From contig NC_043005.1 of NCBI RefSeq assembly GCF_006345805.1, forward strand, positions 13,578,001 through 13,642,000: DNA of 64,000 nt. The letters are read 5' to 3'. The notes below the pieces were generated by a model. It searched no databases. It was not told the origin of the DNA and worked only from the letters and a program-made list of their open reading frames with translations. The DNA is from Octopus sinensis (taxonomy: Eukaryota). Positions 21,466 through 36,066 of this stretch are shown here, in pieces. Within the stretch, counting starts at the first letter, position 1, and each line of letters starts with the position of its first letter. The position numbers and the translations under genes were made by a program.

Positions 21466-24400
21466 CAACAACAACAATAATAATCATAACAATAATGATA
21501 ATCATAATTATGATAATAATAATAATCATAACAATAATGATAATATGTACATAACAGCAAATACCTTTTACTGTCATCTTAACATCACACTATCTTCAAA
21601 TAATCAAATTACTTTTAAGACAGGTTTTTGTTCTCTAGAACAATACTCTGTTCAAAACCAGATATTAGGTCATCCCATAATACTTTTTTATTTTTTTAAA
21701 TTAAGAGAAACAAAGGTCTTTTTTAATCTGAAATATACTGTTCTTCATTTTCTATAATGTTCTTTCCCCTATCTGGTAGACTTGTCAGGCTTCTCTTCCA
21801 AAATTTATTTGTCTGTGATGAAAAATACTCCCCCAATATTCATCTACAGAATTTGTATTTTTTCCATCCAAATGATTTTGAAGACTGTGGAATAAATGAT
21901 AATCAGATGGGGCAATGTCTGGTGAATATGGAGTGTGGGGCATCGTTTCTCATTCAAACTGCTCCAGCCTTTGGAATATCATCATTGCTGTATGTGGCAG
22001 AGCATAATTCTGATGGAAGAACACCTTTCATCTTGAAACCAAAGATGGTTGTTTTACTCCAAGTGCTGACTTACCCTATTCAAGTTGCTCACAGTAGATC
22101 TCTTTTGTTAATGTTTGGTTTGGGTTTAAATGTTCAAAGTGAACTAAACCTTTCATATCCCACCAAACAGATAACGCCTTACATAGATGATGAAGACCTT
22201 CTTTAGCCTATGGTGTCGGTGTTTCTCCTTTCCCTACCGGCTGTCTTCGGCACTTGATATTTTTATAGAGAACCCATTTCTCATCACCAGTCACTATTCA
22301 GTCCCAAAAAAGTTCATTCGTGAGATGTGACAGCAAAGAAAAGCACACATCCATTCTCTGCGTGTTATTAGACTCAGAAAGTTTATGAGGAACCCAATGA
22401 CCCAATCTACTGACTCTGCCGATGGCACGCAGATGTCGATGAATGGTTGAATGACTAAAGGTGTCTTCATGTAATTTTTGGAAATATATCTGTTAAAATG
22501 AGATGTCAGTGTTATTTTCATTTTTGCATAATTTAGATGACAATATATTCACCTGGCATGCCCTTGGCAGTAGGGGTGACCAAGATGTGTGGGGTGCCTG
22601 GTTGGCTCTGAGTTGTTAGTTGTCGGAGCACTGCATCCTTCAAAACTTCCATGCTTCCTGAGATTCGCCAACACTACACTTGATACACACACAAGCATGT
22701 TCACTTTCCAGACATTTCTACATTACTGCATGTACTTTATATGCACTTTCTGACAAGTTGTGGTGCACCTGAGCACTGTATACAATAATTTCATTATTAT
22801 TATATAGAACTCCCCTCTATAATTATCTGGCAGGGCTTCGACAATTGGAATATCACTTGACAGCTAAGAGAGTAACACACATGTCCATGCATGCATGTGC
22901 ATATGTACATGTGTGTGTGTGTGTGTGTCTTCATCATCATCATCATCAACATCAACATCATTTAATGTCTGCTTTCCATGCTGGCATGGGTTGAATGGTT
23001 TGACTGAAAACTGGTAAAGCAGGGAGCTGCACCAGGTTCTGATTTGATTTGGCAAGGTTTCTATGGCTGGATGCCCTTCCTAATGACAACAACTCTGAGA
23101 GTGTAGTGGATGCTTTGTATGTTCCACCGGCACGGGTGCCATTGATCTGACACTGGCATCACCATGTCTATGGCCCCACTTGGCTTGACAGGTTCACATG
23201 AACAAGGTACATAAGGAATAATATATTTGTATGTGTGTACTCACCTTACAAGCAATTATATCTTTCGTAGCATATGGACGCATTCCAACAAGAAATATGA
23301 AATTTGCTATAGCTAAAGCAATGCAAAGATTTATCAAAATTTTTGAAAAAAGTCCTTTTCGTAGAGTTCTGAAAAAATGGAAAGGCATTGTTTGTTTTAC
23401 TGAAGAATGAAACTTGACATATGAAATACATTAATAACTACAATATTGGATAAGGATGCTGTTTGTAAGGGAATATAAATATACTCCAGTGGTGCTGCCC
23501 CAGCATGGCTAAAACATTTTTAAGGATTTATATTTAAGGTATACATGAAATATATTTGTGTGTGGTAAGTAGCTTGCTTACCAACCACATGGTTCTGGGA
23601 TCAGTCCCATTGCATGGCACCTTGGGCAAGTGTTTTCTACTATAGCCTAAGGCCAACCAAAGCCTTGTGAGTGGATTTGGCAGACGGAAACTGAAAGAAG
23701 CTCATTGTATATATATATAATAAAATATTAGGGAATAAATCCAAACTTACAGGGAAAAATCAGATTTAGGATTGAATCCAATTTTATAGTAAAATATTAA
23801 ATTATATTAAATTAGAGACAAAACCACTATTAGGCAAATCAAACAATGAAAAACTTAAGCCAATGCATAAAATTAATTAGTTTATATTATTTTAGATATA
23901 TATCAAAAGTATTAAAAATTTAATAAAAGATAATGAGTAAAGCATTACGATCGTTTCATGGCTGTCCAATTCGTAATAATTCGAGTTATGGTTACAGTCA
24001 ATCTTCAGGTAATTGAAATATTTATCTTAGCGAGGTTTAGCAATGATATATATATATATATATACAATATAATAAAAATATATATATATACAATGAGCTT
24101 CTGCCTGTCTATTTGATTATAACTCCTTTCAGCAGGTAATAACACAGCCTTCTTACTCCCATTGTAATATTTGTGCAGAAGCATGGTTCCTACACCATAA
24201 TCATTTACATCTGCAGCCAATATTATATCCATCTTTGGATCAAAATGCATTAACAATAAGTTTGATGGTAAAATACATTTTAACTTGTCAAATAAATGCC
24301 TTCTGGCATCTATCAGACCAACACCATCTTGCATTCTTCTTTAACAGATCATTGAGCGGACCCTTACATTATGTACATTGCGAATGTAAGTTTGATGATA

Positions 24401-26573
24401 ATTTACTAAACCCAAGAATGCTTGTAGCATTATCACATTATTCAGCATGGACATATTTTTTTATTGCAGTTGCTCTGGATGGATCTGGTTTTCAACCGTT
24501 TCTGTCTATTATTTTGCCCAAGTATTTAATTTTTTTTCATTATGAACTCACATTTTCTTTCTGTTAACTTCAAAGTGTATTCTCTTATCTTCTTGAATAC
24601 CCTTTTAACGTGTTCTACATGTTGTTCCTGTGATTTACTTTTTATTAGAAGATTGTCTAAATGGACAATAGCAAAATCCCAGTCACCTAGCATTGTATAC
24701 AATATTTGCTGAATTATGGAAGGAGCCACTTTTACACTGAAGATGACCATTCTTCTTCTACTTGGATTTGTAGATATACCTCCAAGAGGTCTAATTTTGA
24801 GAAGAATTTCCCTCTATCTAATTTTGCAAGCGCTTCTTAAGGACTCGGCAATGTGTAGGTAAAGTGAGATTAAACGACCATACAAACCTGTTGAAAAATC
24901 TGCACAAACTCTTATCTTGTTATTTTGCTTTTTTACATAGACCATAAGTGCTGCCCAATCTGAGTAGTCCATCTTCTCGATTATTCTTAGGCTTTCAAGT
25001 TCTTTGTTTACCTGGTTCATTGCCATGAATGGTACATTCTGTTTTAGATTAAATACAGGTGCTGCAATTTGTTTTACTGTAACTTTTGCCTTTGTTTTCG
25101 TGCAACAGCCCAGTTCTTCAACATTTTTCAGCATTTCCTGACGACTTGATATTCATTTATTGCAGCATCTGTTGCTGTAATAGTAATTGTTGTTATTGCT
25201 TCTGTTGTTGCTCTTGCAGTTGTATCTACTGCTGTTGTTGTTGTTCTTGAAGTTGTAGCTGCCACTGTTTTTGTTCTTTCAGTTGCTATTGTTGCAGTTT
25301 TTGCAACTTGAGCAAACTGGTCAACAAATTTTCCACAGTTTTACGATTTTTCCCCCATAAAATTCACACACAAAAAACTTCTTCAAGTTTGTTAATTCCT
25401 TGTGAGGTTGTTAATTCCTCATCGCCACCATTGTAACCCTCGTGGCCACTGTTGTAATCCTTAATGTCGCATTGTTATAATGCCCACTTTGGTACAGCAT
25501 TATAGTAAGTTAAACCAGAAAAGACATAACTAAGAACATCTACTTCGTACTCTCTACCTTATTTATAGTGACCAGCATATACCACGCGTCACATGGGAGG
25601 GTTGTACCACTATTACTGTTATCCCCACAACAATTACATATTATGTTTTTACTCAAAGTAACACATATGTAATATACATCTGATTCAATTGACCACTTCA
25701 GCTCTTTAGCATTCAGATTACTTTGTCAAATGTAGTGATTATCTATCTCATGGCTTTCAGATATTGATAATGTGTCTGGTTATCTTTAGAATGACATTGT
25801 ATGGGTAGATGTGAGTCAAAAGATCTAAATGGGATCAACATAAAAAATGTAGAGTATTTAGGCCTGATAGAGCAAGTTTAAATTTCAAAATTTAATCACT
25901 GTATTTTAATTCATTAACCACAAAAGTGAGCGCATGTAAACATGTATGTATGCACATGTATGTGTGGTAAGTGTGGGCGTATACATATATAAATTTGGGT
26001 GTGTGCGTTTACACAATAGTTATTTGTAAAATTTTAGTTGTTTCATGCTGAAGAAAACATCATAGAACAAAGCAAATGTTTAGAAATGATAATTCTGAAT
26101 TAAAATGCTTACTTGGAAGAAACATGAACTATAATTGTGAGTATGAGACAGACAATCGAAATTCCACATCCAATGCTAGATATAATAGATATTGGTTTAA
26201 CATCAACATCCTTTTCATTTCCATAAACATCCTGCAATAGAAATAAGCAATGTATTAACTTCTTTGCTATATTTCAAACGTTTGTCAATCTTATATAAAC
26301 CACTAGTGCCTTACTTGATAATGGTAGTGCTGCTCTGTCTGTGTGTGTGTGTGTGTATGTATATGTATGTATATATATACATATGATGTTTTGCAAATAA
26401 CTTGCACAGGTGCAGAAGTGGCTGTGTGGTAAGTAGCTTGTTTACCAACCACATGGTTCTGGGTTCAGTCCCACTGCGTGGCACCTTGGGCAAGTATCTT
26501 CTACTATAGCCTCGGGCCGACCAAAGCCTTGTGAGTGGATTTGGTAGACGGAAACTGAAAGAAGCCCGGCGTA

Positions 26574-26617
<44 letters not shown>

Positions 26618-29600
26618 TGTGTGTAAGTGAACTGTGGTAAAGTAAATTTACATATCCTGCTGCAGACAATTCAAAATACTTGGTGTTCTCCTTTGTTTTG
26701 TTTTTTTCATCTATTCCACCATCAGAACTGCAAGATTTTATAATGTTCTGCAATTATTCTAGTCACAAAATTGTGGGTAATTGTGAAGGACTATAAATCT
26801 TTAAGAGGATATCTATCTTTCAAAGACTTGCTTTAATAGACTCAATACAATGAATAGCAAAATCATGAATTTCTGTAGTATTTGAATACAGCCTAGAGAT
26901 TAAAAAATTTTGACTGTACTTTATGATTCAAATAATAGTGACCATTGATAATAATTTTAGCTTGCTTTCTGGTTTCTATCCATGATGTCAACCAGCTGAT
27001 AGGCAGAAGATTAGTCAAAGGTACCTTAAATAGCTTGCAATGAAGTGTCTCAGTATTTTGACATATTTACTAGCAGACTCATCAATGGATAGTTTCTCTC
27101 TCTCTATCCACTCAGTCGAAGTCGACTCTCGGTCACTCGTTGGATCAGTGTCCTCCAGTCAGTTCTATCCTGAGCCGCTTCGTTCAGATTGGCTATGCCC
27201 ATTCCGGTGTCACTCTTGATGGTGTCAAGCCAGCGGGTTCTTGGTTGGCCTCTTCCTCTCTTGCCACTGACCATTCCGAGCATGATGTCCTTCTCCAGGG
27301 ATTTTCTCCACATAATATGACCGAAATATAGTTTAGTATGCAACAAAACATATGTAGCAAGAACAGCACTAATTTTTCACTTGATATAATACCTTACATA
27401 TTTACTGAGATACTCAGTAGCATACATTTTAGTTGGTGCGTTATTATGCAGCTCTTTAAAACAGGCCTAACATACATAGCATTTGTTATATTGGTTCTAA
27501 ATTTTGCTCAAGACCAGCAATTTTGGGAGTAGAGACAAGTCAAAGACATCAATCCAAGTACTCAAACTCAACTTGTGCTTATTCTCTCGACCCTGAAAGA
27601 ATGGAAGGTAAAGTCAACCTTAGCAGAATTTGAACTTAGACCATAGGCGTATAAAATGCTGCTAAGCACTTTACCCAGCATGCTTACAATTCTACCAGTT
27701 TATCATCTAAGCATTTGTCATAATATTACTAACCATTAGCAGTGCAAAACTTGTAAGATGGTTACAGGAACAGGATATTCTTTCTCCTTGTACAATGTTG
27801 TATATATTACAGCCTTTTGTGGACCAATGTGGATCCTGTCCAGGGGTGTCATCCCAGTAAACACACCGTGGGTTATAACCAGACTGAAAACAAATTAAAA
27901 AATCAGAATTAGTGCTCTAATAGATAAAATTGGTTATTTAAGAAGATCGCTTTCAAATTACACTTACCGCGAAAGAAAATATCCTCTCTCATAGATGCCT
28001 TCAGGTACAAAATGAAAGTAGCTCATTCACCTGGGCCATAATCATCACTTCACTAACCTTTCAGAAAACTTACAGGGTGCATGGCCTTCCTCTGATGAGG
28101 AAATCACTGTAGAAGAAAGTGTCTGACCTCAGACCTTTTAATCTTCTCCACAATATTACATCATTCACCATACCCATCAGACAGAGGAAGACTATGAGGT
28201 GATATAAAAAGTTCCCAGACTAGTTCTGCAGCATGCCAACAGATAGCAAGCAGTACATAGTTGTGTGTGCAGTGAGAGCTAGCAGTAACCTTCACGTGGC
28301 AGTGTGCCAAGTGACATCACTGTATTTACTTCACAAGTTGTGAAATTTGTGTTCTTGTGACCACGTGTATGTTGTAGTCTGTAATTTTGTCATGGACAGA
28401 AACAAAGAGTCAATATGAAATTTTGCGTTAAACTTGGTATGTCTGCTACAGAGACATTGAGCATGCTTCAGCAAGCTTACGATGACAAGACAAAGGGTCA
28501 TATGCAATGTTTCAAATGGGATGGGTGCTTCAAAAGTGGAAGGATGTCCCTAGAAGACAATGAGCGATCTGGATGATCTACCATGTGTTTCATCCCCAGA
28601 AATGTGGTATTTTGCATCTAGAATTTGTCTCCCCAGGTCAGACCATTAATCAAAAGTTCTACTGCAACTTTTTGAAGTGCTTAAGAGGGAGGACGGACAT
28701 TCAGCAAAAGTGACTGGATCTGTGGAGCATAAAGAATTAAATTCTTCACAATGACAATGCACCCTTTCACGAGCTCTCCCCACTTGTGGAGTTTCTCACC
28801 TAAAACAACATGGTATCACTGCCACACCTACTTTATTTGCCAGATTTAGAATCTGTGGACTGCCATCTCTTTGTCAAGATGAAAATGCAGCTTAAAGGTT
28901 ACTGTTTTAATACCATTGTCAAGATCCAGAGCGAAATGCAGGTCTTTGACTTGCTTATGGAATATGACTTCCAAGCTGGATTCCAAAAGTGGTAGGAATG
29001 CTGGGACTGGTGTAATCCTGTGCAATGTGTCTATTTCGAAGGAGAGATGATATTAAAACTTTGGTAAATAAGTTATTTTTTACTAAATGTAACTAGTCCA
29101 AGAACCTTTTGATACCACCTCATATAAGCTCTTATTGGCCAAAAGAAGGCATCAAGATGGTCCTTAGGAGGGACTCAATTGACAGGTGGATCTGTTCAAT
29201 GCATAACAACAGTTTGATGTATCTCAACTAGTTACAATGTCTAGACACTGAAGCAGCACATCCATAACTGTTTCATCACTTTGTGTGCATCCTAGATGTA
29301 ACTGATAGCTACTTTGTTCCCATTGAGTTTATTTCCATCTTTAGTATTTTCAGTACCACCACCAGGTTAGAGATTTTGTTTAGAGACACTAGACGGAAAA
29401 TTGTTCAGAACAGACTATCAGTTGATCATTATCAATGACTGGAGTCTTCTTTAATTATTGATCTGTTCTAATATTTATCCTTTTTAGAAGACAAGGTTTG
29501 GTGTACCACCATCCATATTGAATGGTTGGATGAAGAACTTTGTACACAAGTTTCCAGATGCCAAGTGTCCAACCTTAGCCTTTGAGCTGCAAAACACGGG

Positions 29601-32600
29601 AAGAGATGTCTCTTGAATAGCGACTGCATTTGTGCTGAACTTAAATAGAATAAAACTAAGTAAGATTAATTTGTGAAAGAAAGGAAGTATTAAATGAAAT
29701 ACAGTTACGTGGATAGTTCCATAGAAACACTTACAATGTGAAAAAGTATAACCCACCATGTGAGTGGCTCTGAAGATTTAATGAGAGAAGTAAATAATTC
29801 ATTAGTGGCTACTAATTCAGTGAGTAGGGACTTTCTATTGCCTCCAGTGCTGCCTATGTAATCAGGGAGTGGAAAACATTGATCCTGTTGTAGGAGGTTG
29901 AAAACTCTTAGCTCAGAAGGAATAAAAGCACCAACAGGTTAAAGTTTGGCTTAATTTACGTTATTCCCCTTGATAAAATATGGACACAGCACTTCAGACA
30001 AGTGGTAACAATAAGGTACAAGATAAGACACTAAATGAATCTGTTAAACCAACAACTATGGGATTTTGACATCCAAGGAGATGGCAATATCAGCAATAAG
30101 AAATACATAAACAGAAGTATATTACCTTATGTATTAAACTGAAAGACATTGTAATTGGTTTATCAAGGTTGGTTATTTGAATATTAGGAATATTGGCAGC
30201 AATGATTTGACTGTTGACAAACTGTTCGAGTACTTCCATCTTTTTTTTAAGAGGTTTTTGAATTACCTATAAAAAGAGAACTTATTTATTCAATGGGAGT
30301 CCTTAATATATTGTTAAAGTTTGCATATAAATTCAAAATCTTTGTAAGGTATGAACATATCATCTTATTCAATAGAATAGCTTAATATATTATCTATGAG
30401 ATAACAAGTACAAAAGATTGAGTATGAGACCAACTCTTACTATCATGCTTATTCCATTGCAAAAGATTAGAATGTATGAGACCAAACTTTTGTTTTGTAC
30501 TCTACATCATTACCTTAGTCAGTTGACCATAATCCTTTTAATACATTGTAAAAGATTACTTAGAATTTCAAAACTTGTGTTGTATGACTGTTGTTATCGT
30601 TAGGCCTAACTCATCGTAAAATCAATACCACCATGACTGATATCCAATCTACAGTGGAGAAGGCTAGCCACTGGATTTGGTTAAAATGAGACGATGAACG
30701 ATGGCTAGAAGAATATTGAGCCTTATTTGCTAATCAGCTGATCTAGCAAGTGGGGTCTCATATCAGTGTGCATTGATGCCGTCGAGAGGTAGGCCCCAAA
30801 ACGATGCGCATTCTTTCCATACACTTGCTGGCTTCCGGTATGCAGAGTTTTTGACTGGTAGCACTTGCATGTGCAAGTTGTTTGCAAGACATCTCATCGT
30901 CACTACTGTTATTATCCTTATGAACATTTCCACTGCTACTACTACATCATCTCTTTCATCATTCCATACTAGTCACACTATATTGTTACTGTGGTAATTT
31001 TCAAACAAAGATGTATTAGCTTACCGATATATAAAGCAAGAATTTCTGTGCAGTTATGAGTTAAATTTGTTTCCTTGCATTACAATGATAGCATTCTTGA
31101 ATCCAACTACTTAGTGCTAGTTCTAGACATGAATTGGGATAATAGAAGAGACAGGTATATTCAACGTTCCTTGATGGAGATTATGTGCAGTTATTTGCCC
31201 CAGAAAACAGAGGGCTTTTGTAGTGACCCTGGAAGAAGTATACAACACAACAGTTGCTGTTCTTCTGTACCTATTTACAGTGGTATGAATCATCCTTGCA
31301 ATGCATTTGCAAAAAGTGATGTGACTGATGTTGCAGTGATTTACATGTGCATGTCTTATGCTTCTCTGGGCTGAGCAGAAAAGATATCAGTTTTAGGATG
31401 CTATTGTAGTATTTTACAGGGTTGTTGAACGTATATCTGAGTGTTTACAAGTGAACTTTTTCATACAATGGAAGTGATTTTGATGATTGATGTTTGCTAT
31501 GATAGTAAAATGTGCCTCAGTTAATTTGTTTCTTCATGTAGATGGTATATAGTTGTCATCTGTGAACAACCTTTAACTCTTCATTAAATGCTATATAATA
31601 GAGTTTATTCTTCTCTGTTGGGATGAGATTGAAAGCCTAAAGATTACATAGAATTTCAAAATTGTCCATAATTGATGTAATTATACTTCTGTGTATTTTG
31701 ATTTTGCTACAAATAAGGCTCAAGGCCACTGTAGGGCAAGTGATAACAAAGAAGGTACAGAAGAAGCCTGCAAATTTGAAAGATGTCACTTGGCAGAAAG
31801 CTTAATGAGATGAAAGCTTAATGAGATGAAAGCTTAATGAGATGAAAGCTTAATGAGATGAGGGCAGCAGATTGAGGAAAGAAGCTTTTAAAATATAGTT
31901 ATGACTGCCAAGAAGCTCGATAGAGAAATGATGCACCTGGGAAGAGAAACAGGTGACTCATTCTATTAACTAAATGCTGTACCTCTGTGTTGTTCTAAGA
32001 ACATTGTTTTGCTTTCTTCTATGTTTATATTTCTTCTATGTGTCCCATGAATGTTGTGGAAGCATTGCATACTGCTCCTAGTATATCTTTATTTACTGTG
32101 GGTGAGGTATGTCTGCATTGTTTAGTTTGATGCTTGGTTATATTTGAAGTTCTCTGATGATATTGGTGATGTGAAAGAGTGACAGGTGACTTTTGTTGGT
32201 GTTGATATAAATCTGTTGTTTTTGAAGCAGGTTTTAAGGTAACTGATGAAGAGTTATTGTGAAATTGTAATTGAAGTGTGATGGAAGGAGTGTGTAAGAA
32301 TAGGCAAAAGAGAAAAAAAAAAGTGAGCTGATGTCCTTTGAGATATACCTATTTCTTTATTACCCACAAGGGGCTAAACATAGAGGGGGCAAACATGGAC
32401 AGACAAAGGTATTAAGTCGATTATATCGACCCCAGTGCTTAACTGGTACTTAATTTATCGGCCCCAAAAGGATGAAAGACAAAGTCGACCTCGGCGGAAT
32501 TTGAACTCACAACGTAACGGCAGCCGAAATACTGCTAAGCATTTCACCCGACGTGCTAACGATTCTGCCAGCTCGCCACCTTTTGAGATATACCATTTGG

Positions 32601-33306
32601 GAAATTGCAAATTCTTTAAATTATTCTTTGCAAGCAATATATCAGCCTAGCAACCAGGCCAATAGATAAACTGTTTCTTGATATGGTGTTAATTATTTTC
32701 AGCAAATTGGATAATAGGAAGTATGTACAGTTGAAAGCTCTAATTCATGTTTAAAGTATTGAGGCCTGTAAGCATATCAGTTGTTTTTGTTGCCGACACT
32801 GTTGTTGTGTATTTTCTGTTTTAGGTTTATGAGAAGTGTGATGGTTTAGCCTACTGGCCTGAATCCATATTGAGGTTTAAAGAGATTGATATCTATTTTA
32901 TTGTCAACATTTAGTCTTTCAGCTTTTGTTTGAGAATATGATGGATTTCCATGATATTACTTCAAATAGAGTTTTTGTTGAGAATTAGAATTCTCTCATA
33001 TTCTGGAAAGAAATTATAGATGTAGATGAGTACAGTATAACTTTAAGCTCTTACTGTTTCAGATATATGCTGGGTAGTATGGCGCAGGAGTGGCTGTGTG
33101 GTAAGTAGCTTGTCTACCAACCACATGGTTCCGGGTTCAGTCCCACTGCGTGGCACCTTGGGCAAGTGTCTTCTACTATAGCCTTGGGCCGACCAAAGCC
33201 TTGTGAGTGGATTTGGTTGACGGAAACTGAAAGAAGCCTGTCGTATATATGTATATATATATATATATATAATATATATATATATATAATATATATATAT
33301 ATATAT

Positions 33307-33339
<33 letters not shown>

Positions 33340-36034
33340 TTGTGTGTCTGTGTTTGTCCCCTAGCATTGCTTGACAACCGATGCTGGTGTGTTTATGTCC
33401 CCGTTACTTAGCGGTTCGGCAAAAGAGACCGATAGAATAAGTACTGGGCTTACAAAAGAATAAGTCCCGAGGTCGAGTTGCTCGATTAAAGGCGGTGCTC
33501 CAGCATGGTTGCAGTCAAATGACTGAAACAAGTAAAAGAGTAAAAGAGTAAAAGAGAGTATAATAGCAGGACATTTTTGATGTAGTCCATGTTTGACTGA
33601 AGTATACAAATATTTATTTGGAGAGAAGTGTTTGGTAGAAGGAACATGCCCATTATTTTTATTTTTATTTTTCTGATGGTAGAAAAGAAAAAATATCAAT
33701 AACTCAATTATTACTAAAACCTATCTAGAAATTAGCTGCTATAAAGCAGATTCAAAAAACCATGAATTTGTTGGACTATAGTGATATAGGATTAGGTATC
33801 TATTGATTGAGCAGACTCAAACTACTGAAGCATAATTCTTGGTGGTGGCAGACGGGCAGAATCATTAGCACGCCGGGCAAAATGCTTAGCGGTATTTCGT
33901 CTGCTGTTATGTTCTGAGTTCAAATTCCACCGAGGTCGACTTTGCCTTTCATCCTTTCGGGGTTGATAAATTAAGTACCAGTTACGCACCGGGGTCGATA
34001 TAATCGACTTAGTACCTTTGTCTGTCCTTGTTTGTTCCCTCTATGTTTAGCCCCTTGTGGGTAATAAAGAAATAAGAATTGTTAGAGTATCAGACAAGAT
34101 GATTTGCAGTACTTCTAACTCTCTGCATTCTGGTTTCAAATCCAACTGAGGTCGTCTTCAATTTTCATTCATCCAAGGTGCATAATATTGAGTACCAGGC
34201 AAGTAGCAGGATCAATGGTGTCTCCTACCAAAACTCCTAGCATTGTGCAATTATTCATGGGATAGTGACTTTTTTTCTGTCTGGAGCTGATTTTCAGCTA
34301 GGCAGCAAACTGGTAGAATCCTTAGCATGCCAGACAAAAGGTTTAATGGTAGTTCCTCCTTCTTTACATTCTGAATTCAAATGTTGTGAGGGTGATTTTA
34401 CCTTTCATTCTTTCAGGGTTGATGAAATAAGTACCAGTTGTGCTTTGGGGTTGAAGTAATTGACTAACTCCCTCCCACAAAATATTAGGCCTTGAGTCTA
34501 TAATACCATCATCGTTTAACGTCCATTCTCCATGCTAGCATGGGTTGGACGGTTCGACCGGGGATCTGGGAAGCCAGAAGGCTGCACCAGGCTCCAGTCT
34601 GATCTGGCAGTGTTTCTACAGCTGGATACCCTTCCTAATGCCAACCGCTCTGTGAGTGTAGTGGGTGCTTTTTACATGCCACCCGCACAGGTGCCAGGCG
34701 AGGCTGGCAATGGCCACGATCGGATTGGTGCATTTTACATGCCACCGGCACGGAAACCAGTCAAGGCGGCGCTGGCATTGGCCATGATTCGAATGTTGCT
34801 TTTTACATGCCACCGGCACGGAAGCCAGTCAAGGCGGTCCTATAGGCACCAAAAGTGTTATCCTGAAACTAAGAGTGTGATCTACTCACTTATAAGGTAT
34901 TATGATGGTTCTAAAATCTGTAACATGTTAGGTTTACCGGATCTATTCAATTTCATGGTATGACAACTTTAACACGAAATAACTTCTAAAATACAAAATT
35001 TTGTCAAAAATGTCACGAGTAAACCATGTTCTATGCAACACATTCTACCAGTATCCGAAGTTTCAAAGTGTTTAGTTTTTAAAAAATTAAGGAGAAAATA
35101 TGGCTGTCAAATTGACTAGATCCCTGGATTTTCCGACTTGTATTGGTTATTTACAAGTCAGACAAACTGAAAAAAAAATCCATCTTATGAACGGGTTGTC
35201 TTCCCTGTAGAAGATTTATCTCTCCTGAGATTGTTCTGTGACAGATGGCTGTTGGTTTGTATAGCAAAACGGAAATAGAAGGAAGAATTAAAAAAGAAAA
35301 GGAGAGAGCGTGTAAAGGAAAAGGAATGAAGGAAATATAGAGATAGAAGAGAAAGAAGAGTAATGAAACAAAATATAAAATAAACAAAATAAGGTAAAAA
35401 GGAAAAGGAAAACAAAGAGGTTGGAACCAAGGTAGAAATCCTGCAGAAAAATACAAGAGAATTGTTAATTAATATACAGTATATATAACAGATGATTCAG
35501 TTGGGTTAATGGCTGGCTGTTAATACTTGGGTCAATACCTGGCTATTAAAACATTGTACATACCCTGTATAGCTTATCAGTCCGTAGAGAATGAAAGGAA
35601 ACCCTTGAAATCCTTAGAAGTTCTTCGCTTTTCAGGTGTTTTAATAAACTGTTTGGTAATGTGATGAAGTCCATCACCATCATATTTTCTACTTCAGCAT
35701 ACGAAGCATTATATATCTGGTGAGAGGAGAGAAAAAAAAAAGCATTGAAAAGTTATATGGGATACGACAAGAAAAAAATGGTAAACTTTCTACCACTGCT
35801 GTTGCTGTTGTTGTTGCTGTTATTGTTAAGCAACAAGACAGGTAAGGTTGATTAGGTGATGGTCAAGGGCTTAGGGGCGGGAGACCCCAGACCTTGGAAA
35901 AAAAATTAAAACTTTAGGTCGTCTTGTTGTAGTCAAGGGCTCTTCGTTGACGCCTGACACCACTGGGAGGTGACCCTCAAAGTCGCTGGAAATGGAGATC
36001 TCCAGGTCCAAATTCTTGGACGGCTGCTGCTGCG

Positions 36035-36066
<32 letters not shown>

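Noticed and set aside
21757-22206. 149-aa plus-strand ORF
   Set aside because: Antisense shadow of a decayed mariner transposase.
29484-29759. ORF with CKC resembling a GPS fragment
   Set aside because: Lacks the HL/T and W-C pattern and overlaps a decayed LINE; the real GPS is at 27734..27883.
33081-33160. tRNA genes in SINE heads
   Set aside because: A and B boxes only; no complete cloverleaf, and they continue into SINE bodies.
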